This document shows positions 9,337 to 18,661 of a DNA stretch of 23,997 bases, piece after piece. The notes below the pieces were generated by a model. That model saw only the letters and a program-made list of their open reading frames with translations. It was not told the DNA's origin and did not search any database. This DNA comes from Amoeboradix gromovi X-113. Taxonomy: Eukaryota; Fungi; Sanchytriomycota. Every line of letters starts with the position of its first letter. Position 1 is the stretch's first letter. The stretch is taken from the NCBI GenBank assembly GCA_018985225.1, contig JADGIF010000063.1:1-23997 (forward strand), given 5' to 3'. The position numbers were made by a program, and so were the translations under genes.

Positions 9337-10848
9337 TCACCAAATTTCATACTGCACACCTTTAAGCTTTATTAAATCTTGAAAATCTTGCAGGTTCTTA
9401 CTCCCAGTAATTACTATATTCGCAAATTGGCCTAAATCCATTTTTAAGTCATTGTAAACCTCTTGCACATATTTGTGGTGTACTCTGGAGTACACTGGAA
9501 TGTATTTCACTTTGCTCTCTAGTTCCTCTTTATAATAAGCATCTTTTTCAGGGTACCTACATCCAAAAATTAGGGTACTAGAATTGGAAGAATTTTCTAA
9601 ATGCTGAACTATAGCTCTAGGAATTGCTATACCAGTACCCGTAGCTATCATGAGTACTGGAGCTTTTACTCTTAATGGGTGTGATTCTAGTTTGCACCAA
9701 ACAAAATCACCCGCAGCCAAATTCGCCAAGTATTGTGTACATGCCCCCAACCTCTTAGTTTTTAAGCTGGTTGCATATTCTACAACAGCGACACATATAT
9801 CCATCTGACCAGCTTTGCAACTGGCGATGGAGAACTGTCTCGGTGCTTGTAGAGGAAACAAATCAAAAATGTGCCTGGGATCCAAATGCTTGACAATGGA
9901 GGGGAAATCCTGCAATACTTCCACTGCTGTTCGTTTAGGATTAGTTACATACAGCGTATACATGTTGTCAAATTCTGATAAGGCTAACAGCCTATCAGCG
10001 ATCTCAGTTTTACGGTCAATTTTTAGAAGCAAGCTTGTTCTATAGAGAGTGTAAAAGAAAGATGGGCCTGGTTGAGTATGAATGTCTACGATGTATTGAA
10101 GAATGTATTCTATAGAAAAAGATTTTAGAAGATATCCTGGGCATGTATCATACCCATTTGAGATTTTGTATAATTCGTCTCTTCTCCAGGTAGTTAATTG
10201 TAGCACTTTCTCAACTTCGTTTGTTAAACTTATCGGCATGATATTGAGCACATCTCCTGGCAAATTAAGAAGCTCTGTCGTAAATTCAATGTGATGGGTT
10301 TTTTGAAAATGATCTTTGGGCGTTAGCAGATTATTCACCTGCACTCGAAGCTGGATATAGTTTGGATAAGATATGGAATCTTGGGAATCTGAAATGTCTA
10401 AATTGTACTTGTACATGTCACCTAAATCATTGTGAACATCAAATTTTGACAACAAATGATCGCAGAACATTCTTAAAGAAGAAGCATATCCTTGCTGGGA
10501 ATCCCCAAGTACTAGTACAACATTTGCGCCGAGCTGCTGTAATCTTCTGTTTAACTTTTTAGCAGCGTAATTAAATTGTTGGTAAAATGAATCACCCACC
10601 CCATAAATGGAAATATTAGCCTGAATTCTATCGGCATTTCTTCGCATAATTCGAGCCCATAGCTTTTTCATTGATGATGGCATTTCACCCTGGCCATAAG
10701 TAGATACTATAAATGCGCAATCAGATATTATTAACTGCTCATTAGCCATTTTTATTTCTGAAGCGTGTCCCTTTCTCTGAAGCTGAAATTGTATTTGTTG
10801 CGCAAATTTGTAAGCTGTGTTAGTCTCTGTGCCTACGAGCAATATCAT
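9337..10848 (-). CDS. NDOR1: NADPH-dependent diflavin oxidoreductase 1 (Tah18/NDOR1)
   Basis: Flavodoxin domain without TM anchor (GTETNTA, STYGQGEMP, GVGDSFYQQFNYAAKKL..RL.QLGA), DHFQ..HH, PRQFSIAS, R.GACT.YL, ATGTGIA, FGCR and terminal Trp. Confidence 0.88.
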   Translation of the reverse strand: MILLVGTETNTAYKFAQQIQFQLQRKGHASEIKMANEQLIISDCAFIVSTYGQGEMPSSMKKLWARIMRRNADRIQANISIYGVGDSFYQQFNYAAKKLNRRLQQLGANVVLVLGDSQQGYASSLRMFCDHLLSKFDVHNDLGDMYKYNLDISDSQDSISYPNYIQLRVQVNNLLTPKDHFQKTHHIEFTTELLNLPGDVLNIMPISLTNEVEKVLQLTTWRRDELYKISNGYDTCPGYLLKSFSIEYILQYIVDIHTQPGPSFFYTLYRTSLLLKIDRKTEIADRLLALSEFDNMYTLYVTNPKRTAVEVLQDFPSIVKHLDPRHIFDLFPLQAPRQFSIASCKAGQMDICVAVVEYATSLKTKRLGACTQYLANLAAGDFVWCKLESHPLRVKAPVLMIATGTGIAIPRAIVQHLENSSNSSTLIFGCRYPEKDAYYKEELESKVKYIPVYSRVHHKYVQEVYNDLKMDLGQFANIVITGSKNLQDFQDLIKLKGVQYEIW

Positions 10849-10889
10849 CAGAAGTCCTTGTTTTAGGAAAGATAAGCAATTTTATTATT

Positions 10890-11606
10890 TTAATAAACCT
10901 CATCAGATTCTAATTCATATGGATCGCCTTTGCAATTTAAAGCTTCTGCTTTTGTCTCGTTTTCCAATTTTTCTATCAACTTTTTATGTTTGATCACCTC
11001 TTCCATTTTAATGCCACAAACCTTAAGGTGCTCTCTAAACCTAGACATTGCTAAATTGGACCCTTCTTCAATTTCTTCCTGACCATCTTCTACATTAAAA
11101 TGGTCAGCGCTGTCTTTCAACATAGAAGCCTTACATAACTTACACATAGCTCTTCCATCAGGACTATTTGATTTTTTTGAAAATCTAGAAGGATCGCTTG
11201 TTTTGCAGGTGTCACATAAAACAGAAATAGAACTGTCAAACTCATTTGCGAGATCACAATTTGGAATTCTAGATTTGCTCAAAAAGATGCTCTTCTCCAC
11301 CTGATCCCTTTTTACCGCTGCCAAAAAGTAAAATTTGTAGTTTTCCACTTGTTGCTGTCCGAATTTTGATTTTAATTCTATGCCATGCTCTCTGCAAGGA
11401 ATCACAGCTACTTGTTCAAAAGCAGATTCCAAATCTGCCTCGCGATCTTCTCTTCTCTTCTTGGCTTCATCTCTATCTGAGAGATCTTTGTATTTTCCAG
11501 CTGCTTCTCTTTTAGATTCTTTTTTCTTAAGTTCCTTAAAGAACAAATTACGGAAGGCTATAAGCCCTTTTGTCGAGATTTTTCCCCTGTTTCTGTTTCC
11601 AGCCAT
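10890..11606 (-). CDS. Hypothetical protein with CxxC-x20-CxxC zinc ribbon and basic, possibly HMG-like, N-terminus
   Basis: 238 aa ATG-started ORF packed 41 bp from NDOR1; contains CDTC..SRFSKKSNSPDGRAMCKLC. Confidence 0.6.
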   Translation of the reverse strand: MAGNRNRGKISTKGLIAFRNLFFKELKKKESKREAAGKYKDLSDRDEAKKRREDREADLESAFEQVAVIPCREHGIELKSKFGQQQVENYKFYFLAAVKRDQVEKSIFLSKSRIPNCDLANEFDSSISVLCDTCKTSDPSRFSKKSNSPDGRAMCKLCKASMLKDSADHFNVEDGQEEIEEGSNLAMSRFREHLKVCGIKMEEVIKHKKLIEKLENETKAEALNCKGDPYELESDEVY

Positions 11607-11865
11607 TCAACTTCAAGGAGAAAGAAAGTGTTACTATCTATTCAGGGAAATTAAGGACACAGTCAGGACGGAATATACTCACGGAAACAACTGCCGATTT
11701 TAAATGAATAGATTATTTACCGGAGTGACATTACTCCATCACTGGGTTAGTATTTTGTGCTAAAATTTATTACTGAATAAAAACTTGGCATTCATTCTTT
11801 TTATCTACGAAAAGTGTCTCCCGATTATTTCAGCTAGATGATGTCAGATCTTAACACTCCAGCAA

Positions 11866-12007
11866 GCTATAAGGAACATACACTTATATACATCTCTATT
11901 CAACCGCAACTCAGTGAAGTGTGAGCAATTACTGTAACGGAAAGAATTGTATTGCAAGTTTCTCTGTCGAAGTTTTTGGTTTTCTCGTAAACCAAAAGTT
12001 TAATGAA
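11866..12007 (+). ncRNA. Stand-alone ('ghost') Fanzor omegaRNA-like cassette (copy C)
   Basis: Aligns with 5616-5766 but retains only the last few codons (A.RNI) and the scaffold: cagtga/ttactg stem, actgtaacgg..agtttctctgt, and a perfect 9-bp hairpin ttttggttt-tctcgt-aaaccaaaa (11974-11997). Confidence 0.75.
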
Positions 12008-12042
12008 CAGCTATCAATTACTCCTTTGTTTTTGTTCGGTTT

Positions 12043-12996
12043 ATGGACACTTCTGCTAAATTATCAACTACTGTCCTCCTCAAAAATGCACCTTCTAGCT
12101 GCCCTGGACCAGAGACTGAAAAAGCAGGTAAGAGTGAGGCTTGCTATGGCTGTCCAAATCAAAATATTTGCTCATCTGAGCCGCAAGAAGATGGAGATAT
12201 ATTGCTGATTAAAGAACGGCTAGAGAGTGTTAAAAATGTTATTTTGGTATTAAGTGGAAAAGGCGGTGTAGGGAAGAGTACAGTGTCTACTTTACTTAGT
12301 CTTAAACTCTCTCAGTCCCTTGCAGTCGGTGTCATGGATGTTGATTTGACAGGACCGTCCATTCCCTGTATGTTGGGAGTTGAAAGCGAGCCAGTTCATC
12401 AGTCTTCTACTGGCTGGACTCCTGTGTATGTCAATGATAATTTATGTTGCATAAGTATCCAATTTTTGCTTCCTACAAAAGATGAAGCGGTGATATGGCG
12501 CGGCGATAAAAAGAACGGGATGATCAAGCAGTTTATGAAAGATGTAGAATGGGACGAATTAGATTATTTAGTCATTGATACTCCACCTGGAACTTCTGAC
12601 GAGCATTTATCTACGATTAAGCTCTTTGAACAAACTAAAAAAATCAGTGGGTGTGTTTTGGTTACTACTCCACAGCAAGTCGCCATCCAAGATGTTAAAA
12701 AACAAATCAAATTTTGCAGGAAGTTAAATTTAACAATTCTTGGAATAATTGAGAATATGAGTGGATATGAGTGCTCGAACTGTCATGAAACCAGCGATTT
12801 ATTTGAATCTGTACCCAATAGTGTTGTTGATTTATGCAAGAACTACAATATACGTTATTTAGGCAAACTTTCAGTTGATCCCCTAGTTGGTATGGCTCTA
12901 GACGACGGTGATGATTATTTTGATCTGCATCCTCACTCCACAACTAGCGATGCGTTTGATTCCATCCTAGATAACATTCTGAAGCAATTGCAATAA
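12043..12996 (+). CDS. NBP35: Cytosolic Fe-S cluster assembly factor NBP35 (NUBP1)
   Basis: N-terminal CPG..AGK..C.GCPNQ.IC Fe-S motif, deviant Walker A GKGGVGKST, AVIWRG.KK, DTPPGTSDEH, ENMSG..CxxC. Confidence 0.96.
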   Translation: MDTSAKLSTTVLLKNAPSSCPGPETEKAGKSEACYGCPNQNICSSEPQEDGDILLIKERLESVKNVILVLSGKGGVGKSTVSTLLSLKLSQSLAVGVMDVDLTGPSIPCMLGVESEPVHQSSTGWTPVYVNDNLCCISIQFLLPTKDEAVIWRGDKKNGMIKQFMKDVEWDELDYLVIDTPPGTSDEHLSTIKLFEQTKKISGCVLVTTPQQVAIQDVKKQIKFCRKLNLTILGIIENMSGYECSNCHETSDLFESVPNSVVDLCKNYNIRYLGKLSVDPLVGMALDDGDDYFDLHPHSTTSDAFDSILDNILKQLQ

Positions 12997-13027
12997 ATTT
13001 ATTTTGTCAGTTTTTCAAACCTCCTAT

Positions 13028-16000
13028 ATGCATCTTATTCACAAGACAATTCAGCCCTCTACCTTTGTCAGAGATGCCTGTTCTGGTTCATTTACTTCTG
13101 CTAAACAACCTGAAATGATAACTATATCTGGTTCATTATTAACCATCTATTCTCTGATAAAAAATCAACTAACTTTGTTAAAAAAATTTCAATTAATGGC
13201 CACCTTAATATCTATCAATTCTATCAAACTACCTGGCACTACTACTGATTTGATTGCTCTGACTACTGATAGTGGATATTTCCATGTATTCCAATTAATT
13301 AATCTAGTTTTAACCAAAGTACACTCTGAACCATTTGGTAGATCTGGTATTCGTAAATCCGTTCCTAACATATACGCAGCCGTTGATCCTAAAGGTAGAG
13401 CTGTCATGACTAGTGCTATTGATTCTGTACATACGACGTTTATCCTTAATTTCATGGACAATAAACATGTAATTTCATCGCCACTGCTTTGCAAGTCTAA
13501 TAAATCTATTATATTCAACATGTGCGGCGTGGATGTCGGTTTTAACAATCCTGTTTTTTGTGTTTTAGCTTGTCACTATGAAGATGCTTTGCAAAATCCA
13601 GATTGGTATAACTACCTCCCGAAGCATTGTCATTTTTATGAACTGGATCTTGGTTTAAATACTATGCTACTTCAACATTCGCAGCTAGTTGATTCTCAGT
13701 CCAATTTAGTAGTTCAAGTCCCTATGCCTGCTAGTGGGGTGATTGTAGCTAGTCGCAATAGATTAACTTACATTCATCCCTCTAGTGAATCGATAGAATC
13801 TGATCTTCCGATTGACGATTCACTCACTGGTATTGTCGATGTAGTAGTAAACTGCATCTCCTTGTTCAAATCTAAAAAGCAGTTTTTCTATATTCTTCAG
13901 CTTAGTAATGGCCATGTGTTTAAGTTAGAATTTGTAGAAAATGAATTTAAATGGTATTATTTAATTAAGATTCCCAATTGCAACAACATAGTGATATTTA
14001 AAAGCGGCTATATCTATTTTACTGGTATAAATCAGCTGTATCAGATAAATCATTTTAACGTCGAGTGCGCGGATTATTATACTAGCACAGAAAACAAATC
14101 ACTGACTCTAGTGCAATCCTATGCAAACACAAGTCCATTATTGAATATTATAGATTACAACGATAACTTGACAATTTTGACCAAGGACTCAATTGCTCCA
14201 ATAGAAACGCCCACAGTGGAATTGGTTAACAGCATTCAGCTACCTAGTGCTCCTAAATGTTTGCACACATTTATATTCCATGAGATTGACTACATTTGTA
14301 TTGATATGTGTGAGTATATTTTATTGCTAAGTATTACCGAAGAAATCAAACAGTTAGACTGCCCATTTAACACCGAGTGTAGTCTACTAATAAGTGTACT
14401 ACATGGTGCATCGAATAGTGTAATACTGCAAGTAACAAAAACAGAAATAACAACATTTAGTGATTTATCATTTAGCACCATTTCTACTGTAAAATCTAAC
14501 AATAGCCTGGCTTGCAGCAACAGAAGCAAGGTGCTGGTATATGGTGATAACAGGCTAGTACTTCGTTCTAGTGATCTCGTGGAATTGTTAAATATTGAAT
14601 ATAGCAAGCCTCAGATAATCTCAATAACGGATACAAGGCTGCTATTAGTAGTGGGGTTAGAACTTCAAGTGCTAAACATGCAGGGCGAATTAGAACAGAT
14701 AGTAATGATGGAGTACCCATCAAATTCTGTGAGTGTCGCTAGCAACACAGTATTAATAGGAAGTGATGTGGGATACACCACCTGTAGAATTAACAGCGTA
14801 GGATACATATATATGACTAGTGCAACTGGAAATACCAAAACAATATGCCATAATGATCTGGTAATTGGAGAACATCTGCTGTGGAATAATGATAAAATAA
14901 TGATGGATACTGAGAATATTCTAGACGGAGTGGCATGCAATGGATTAATAACAACTATAACAAGTGATTCGTTCAACTGCTATGAAATAGTAAGCAAAAA
15001 CAAAGCTATAAAAGTCGAAAATATAAAAAGTGTGTTATATCACGGAGATGCCGTGATATTGGTGGGAAATGACATTAAAATATACAACGTGGTGGAAAAC
15101 AATATCATATCATCTCACAGTGCGTTTGAACCAGAGCAGAGTGTATTGACCAGTCAAATATGTAAACTGGATAACACTGAATACTTAGTGGTTAGCACAG
15201 CTAACGACTTTAACCAAATAGCATTTACATTTAGTACTAGTAAACTGACGTGTTACAATTTAAAATCGCTGATTAACGACGAAATTAAGCAGTCTACCAC
15301 AGTAATACCTGATTTGTGTTTTGCGATAAAAACGTATAGAAACAGGATAATGGCAGGGATATTCAATTCTATCCGGTTTTATGAGATGGGCAAACAGCAG
15401 CTTCTGACTAAAAGGGAGTTTAAAATAGGAAATGGATTTATTACAAGACTAGATTGCATGGGAGACAGAATATACGTGGGCACTATACATGACGGAATTC
15501 GAATAATTGAGGAACAAAACAATGAATTAATACACTTTTGTGATGATTACAAGAGCAGATCCATCAGCGAAATGAAATTGATAGACTATGACACTATAAT
15601 TGTAAGTGATAAATATGGTGGCGTAGAACTGGTAGAAATTCCAAGTAGATTAAAAGACGACTTATTACAAGACATGTATGCTAATAAGATGAGTTATGAG
15701 CGGGGGTACTTAAATGGGGCGCCACATCGTTTAAAATGTAAGGCAGCAATTTACTGTGATGACCTAATAACCTGCGTAATAAAGCAGCGAAAAGACAAAA
15801 TAATACTGGGAGGCATAAATGGGAGTATACGTCATTTGATTCCTATCAAACTAAAATCACAATTAAACATTTTGCAGAGACTAGAGATTGAAATGAATAG
15901 AATTGTAGGGAACCGGGTAAACAGGGGGCAAGGATATAGAAGCAGCTATACGATGAAAAAGAATGTGATAGATTACGATGTTTTGCTAGAGTTTAAGGAG

Positions 16001-16087
16001 ATGGATTTTAAAATTCAAGAGGAAATATCAAACACAGTGGAATCAAGCATTAGCGAGATAATGACATTGTTGCAAGAGTTAGATTAA
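13028..16087 (+). CDS. RSE1: Pre-mRNA splicing factor SF3B3 / Rse1 (divergent)
   Basis: ATG at 13028 (MHLIHKTIQP), EPFGRSGIRKSVP, DPKGRAVM, ISSPL, VDVGFNNPVF, YELDLGLN, MGKQQLL, DYDT..SDKYG, GYLNGAP, YRS.Y..KNVID. About 1019 aa with a strongly diverged middle propeller. Confidence 0.93.
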   Translation: MHLIHKTIQPSTFVRDACSGSFTSAKQPEMITISGSLLTIYSLIKNQLTLLKKFQLMATLISINSIKLPGTTTDLIALTTDSGYFHVFQLINLVLTKVHSEPFGRSGIRKSVPNIYAAVDPKGRAVMTSAIDSVHTTFILNFMDNKHVISSPLLCKSNKSIIFNMCGVDVGFNNPVFCVLACHYEDALQNPDWYNYLPKHCHFYELDLGLNTMLLQHSQLVDSQSNLVVQVPMPASGVIVASRNRLTYIHPSSESIESDLPIDDSLTGIVDVVVNCISLFKSKKQFFYILQLSNGHVFKLEFVENEFKWYYLIKIPNCNNIVIFKSGYIYFTGINQLYQINHFNVECADYYTSTENKSLTLVQSYANTSPLLNIIDYNDNLTILTKDSIAPIETPTVELVNSIQLPSAPKCLHTFIFHEIDYICIDMCEYILLLSITEEIKQLDCPFNTECSLLISVLHGASNSVILQVTKTEITTFSDLSFSTISTVKSNNSLACSNRSKVLVYGDNRLVLRSSDLVELLNIEYSKPQIISITDTRLLLVVGLELQVLNMQGELEQIVMMEYPSNSVSVASNTVLIGSDVGYTTCRINSVGYIYMTSATGNTKTICHNDLVIGEHLLWNNDKIMMDTENILDGVACNGLITTITSDSFNCYEIVSKNKAIKVENIKSVLYHGDAVILVGNDIKIYNVVENNIISSHSAFEPEQSVLTSQICKLDNTEYLVVSTANDFNQIAFTFSTSKLTCYNLKSLINDEIKQSTTVIPDLCFAIKTYRNRIMAGIFNSIRFYEMGKQQLLTKREFKIGNGFITRLDCMGDRIYVGTIHDGIRIIEEQNNELIHFCDDYKSRSISEMKLIDYDTIIVSDKYGGVELVEIPSRLKDDLLQDMYANKMSYERGYLNGAPHRLKCKAAIYCDDLITCVIKQRKDKIILGGINGSIRHLIPIKLKSQLNILQRLEIEMNRIVGNRVNRGQGYRSSYTMKKNVIDYDVLLEFKEMDFKIQEEISNTVESSISEIMTLLQELD

Positions 16088-16103
16088 ATAAATATGTTTA
16101 CTA

Positions 16104-16889
16104 CTACGGCAAATAAGAAGGTTTGGTCAACTCGATCGGAATATCAAGAACTTTGGCCATTGGATGAAAGTGGTCAAGTTTTATTAATGCTAAGCCGTAT
16201 ACACAATGGCCACTCTGGCAATGATTAATAACTTTTCCAATTGTGTTCGAGTTTGACTTGATAACCATATTCACAAGGTCATGATGGCTGCTTACGTTGT
16301 TAATTTTAAACGAGATTGTTCTTTTGCGGATTATTCCAGTGTGCTTTGTACGAATCACAAGCTCTTGACCAGTGTAGCAGCCTTTCGAGTAGCTTATACT
16401 ACCTAAAGCATCAAAATTCAGATCAAATGGTAAGCTATTCGGATAATCAACGGATTCAGGGACTGCACTTCTATATCTAAATACTGTGTATTTATGGTCA
16501 TCACAACTAATGATAGGTGCCATTTTTGATATACTCAATGATCTATACCCCATTAAAGGCCTAGGATCTTTGAACATCATGTCGCCTTTAAAGTCGGTTG
16601 GTATTGTTTTATGCCATTGTACTTGGCCGTGTACGGGTAGTAGGTGCACATCACTTCTTAGCTTGTACTTTTGAATATGCATCAGCAACAGATCAGCAAC
16701 GGAATCATGCACTTCCAGGTAGCTACATTTACCCTGGTAGTAAAATGCGTCACATATAACTCTCGATTTTGGAGTCAAAAATAGCAGATATGTTAATGGT
16801 GCACTGAGAGTATTGGTAGTCAAGGAATTGATAAAAGGTACAGCATCTTTTCCCTCTAATTTAAATATCCTGCGAAATAGAGATGCCAT
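16104..16889 (-). CDS. IBA57: Mitochondrial Fe-S assembly factor IBA57 (YgfZ/GcvT family)
   Basis: G.DA..F...L.TN, DPR...G.R and the signature ISYSKGCYTGQELV.RT.H.G.IRKR. Confidence 0.92.
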   Translation of the reverse strand: MASLFRRIFKLEGKDAVPFINSLTTNTLSAPLTYLLFLTPKSRVICDAFYYQGKCSYLEVHDSVADLLLMHIQKYKLRSDVHLLPVHGQVQWHKTIPTDFKGDMMFKDPRPLMGYRSLSISKMAPIISCDDHKYTVFRYRSAVPESVDYPNSLPFDLNFDALGSISYSKGCYTGQELVIRTKHTGIIRKRTISFKINNVSSHHDLVNMVIKSNSNTIGKVINHCQSGHCVYGLALIKLDHFHPMAKVLDIPIELTKPSYLP

Positions 16890-17553
16890 ACTAAATCAGC
16901 TACAAAAACTAGACAAGCGTTTCAAAACAAACGTCTGAAAAATAAAAATGCTCGAGTAGAAGAGCTCCATCTTATCGGCTATGCTCTAGATGAAAGTCAA
17001 TTCCTCTTCTCCGCCACCAAGACCTTTCGTAATTCTTAAGTAGGTATTCTATTACAAAAAGATTGTTTCAAGAAGCTTTTACGTTCTTCTCTACGGCTGC
17101 ATCTCACTAGTTAAATTGGCTCATAATATCATTCCTGTTGCAAATAGAGATCTCTTTGGAGATTCCGAATTCATTAGCAAAAAGTACTTATCTCTCTACC
17201 AGGTATATGTACTTGTTTTTTACTCGGTGTACTGTAATGGCCCTTTCTGTTGTGCTTGGAACAGCCGTCAGTGTAGTAAACTTCTGTGTACTTAAGTTAG
17301 TTAACCATGGACGTAACACGATTGAGACAAGACTTGCAAGTATATTAAATAGTGCACCATTGAATGCTAGAGGATACTAGACTGGATTGAAGGGAGCCTG
17401 TATCAAAACGGTGAGAAAATAATAAGATACAGTGAAAGGCTTTAGACAGGCCAAACGGCTTTCAGTCTCCCAAAGTCCTAGTACAGCCTACGACCCTTGA
17501 GATTATATAAATCCCCTCCATTAAAAGACCAGAAAAGCAATTTAGGATCATTG

Positions 17554-18612
17554 TTAGCCTTTATTTATAAAAACGTAATGTCCGGAAGTCAGCCTAAGGT
17601 CCCCTCCAGAGAGATAGCCTATTCTCTCGACTAATGTTGATATATCTGAATCTTCATTGTCGAATGCAAACTTGAAAATGCTAATTGGAAAAAGTTCTTT
17701 TTTTTTTAACTGGCGCTGATGATCTTCAATTTTTAACTTTAAATCAGTGGCCTTCTCGTACTCTTTGGATTCTAAAGCTCTTGTGACATCACCCCATACA
17801 TTATATACAAACAATGGATCACTTGATTCGATCGGAGCTATGTCTACCGGTTTACTCAATGCAGTATCATAAAACAATTCAGCTGAACTTGAGTTTGCAA
17901 ACTGTATTTTTGATTCCGTGGTCCAGTTTCCGTTTATTTCTGCAATTTTTGATCCACTAAGTGATGAAATCGTACAGTTGAATGTGTTGTAATCGCCAGA
18001 GAAGTATCCTTTTGGTACGAACTCAAATACAGCATTGTACCCAGACTTAGAAGAAATATACACCTTATCTAATATTTCGAAATATGGTCTAATCTGGTAC
18101 AAACCACGCAATGCAAGTACAGGAAGAGATACAAGGTATTGATCGCCATCTATGGAAATCATTATTCTTCCCTTTGGGGATACCAATACATGAGAGCCTT
18201 TGAAGGTTGTAAAAGGCTGGATATGGCCATGAATTGAGATTTTACCAGAATGAATCTGGAACGCGGTAATTGGAGGATGATGTGAGACTTGCTCAGTTAC
18301 AATCTTGCAATTTCCAGCAGTTGCAGAGTAATGTTCACCGAGGATCGGGTTATACGGCTTCAGCTCATATCCTCTTGAGGAATAGCTTCCCTGTAATGTG
18401 GACAAAAACCATTTGCAAACGCAAATTATTCTTTTCTCGGGGTCTTTTTCCAATTCAATATCATCAATGAGGCTTGGATGATCCATCCAGTATTTACTAT
18501 ATTCGGTCATTGAAAACCCGTTTAACAAAATAGAAGGTGCGGCAATATGGCTTAGATCGCCTGCCACAGATTTTATCAAGTTCAAAAATTCAAGAAAAGA
18601 ATTTGTACTCAT
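17554..18612 (-). CDS. Oxysterol-binding protein, ORD-only (Kes1/Osh4-like)
   Basis: GDLSHIAAP, KPYNPILGE, the OSBP signature EQVSHHPP, and W..V..AL...A...K..IE..QR. Confidence 0.92.
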   Translation of the reverse strand: MSTNSFLEFLNLIKSVAGDLSHIAAPSILLNGFSMTEYSKYWMDHPSLIDDIELEKDPEKRIICVCKWFLSTLQGSYSSRGYELKPYNPILGEHYSATAGNCKIVTEQVSHHPPITAFQIHSGKISIHGHIQPFTTFKGSHVLVSPKGRIMISIDGDQYLVSLPVLALRGLYQIRPYFEILDKVYISSKSGYNAVFEFVPKGYFSGDYNTFNCTISSLSGSKIAEINGNWTTESKIQFANSSSAELFYDTALSKPVDIAPIESSDPLFVYNVWGDVTRALESKEYEKATDLKLKIEDHQRQLKKKELFPISIFKFAFDNEDSDISTLVERIGYLSGGDLRLTSGHYVFINKG

Positions 18613-18661
18613 GTTTGAAGTTCGGTTAGAAATATGAAAGGTAAAGTTGAAAAAAAGGTAT

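Noticed and set aside
11921-12208. 95-aa ORF MSNYCNGKNCIASFSVEVFGF, similar to the tail of ORF 5388-5762
   Set aside because: The similarity comes from translating the conserved omegaRNA DNA; the ORF starts at GTG and overlaps NBP35 out of frame.
17180-17300. Minus-strand peptide VYYTDGCSKHNRKG resembling the first RNase H motif
   Set aside because: Short and bounded by stops, with no other convincing RNase H motifs; not enough to call.
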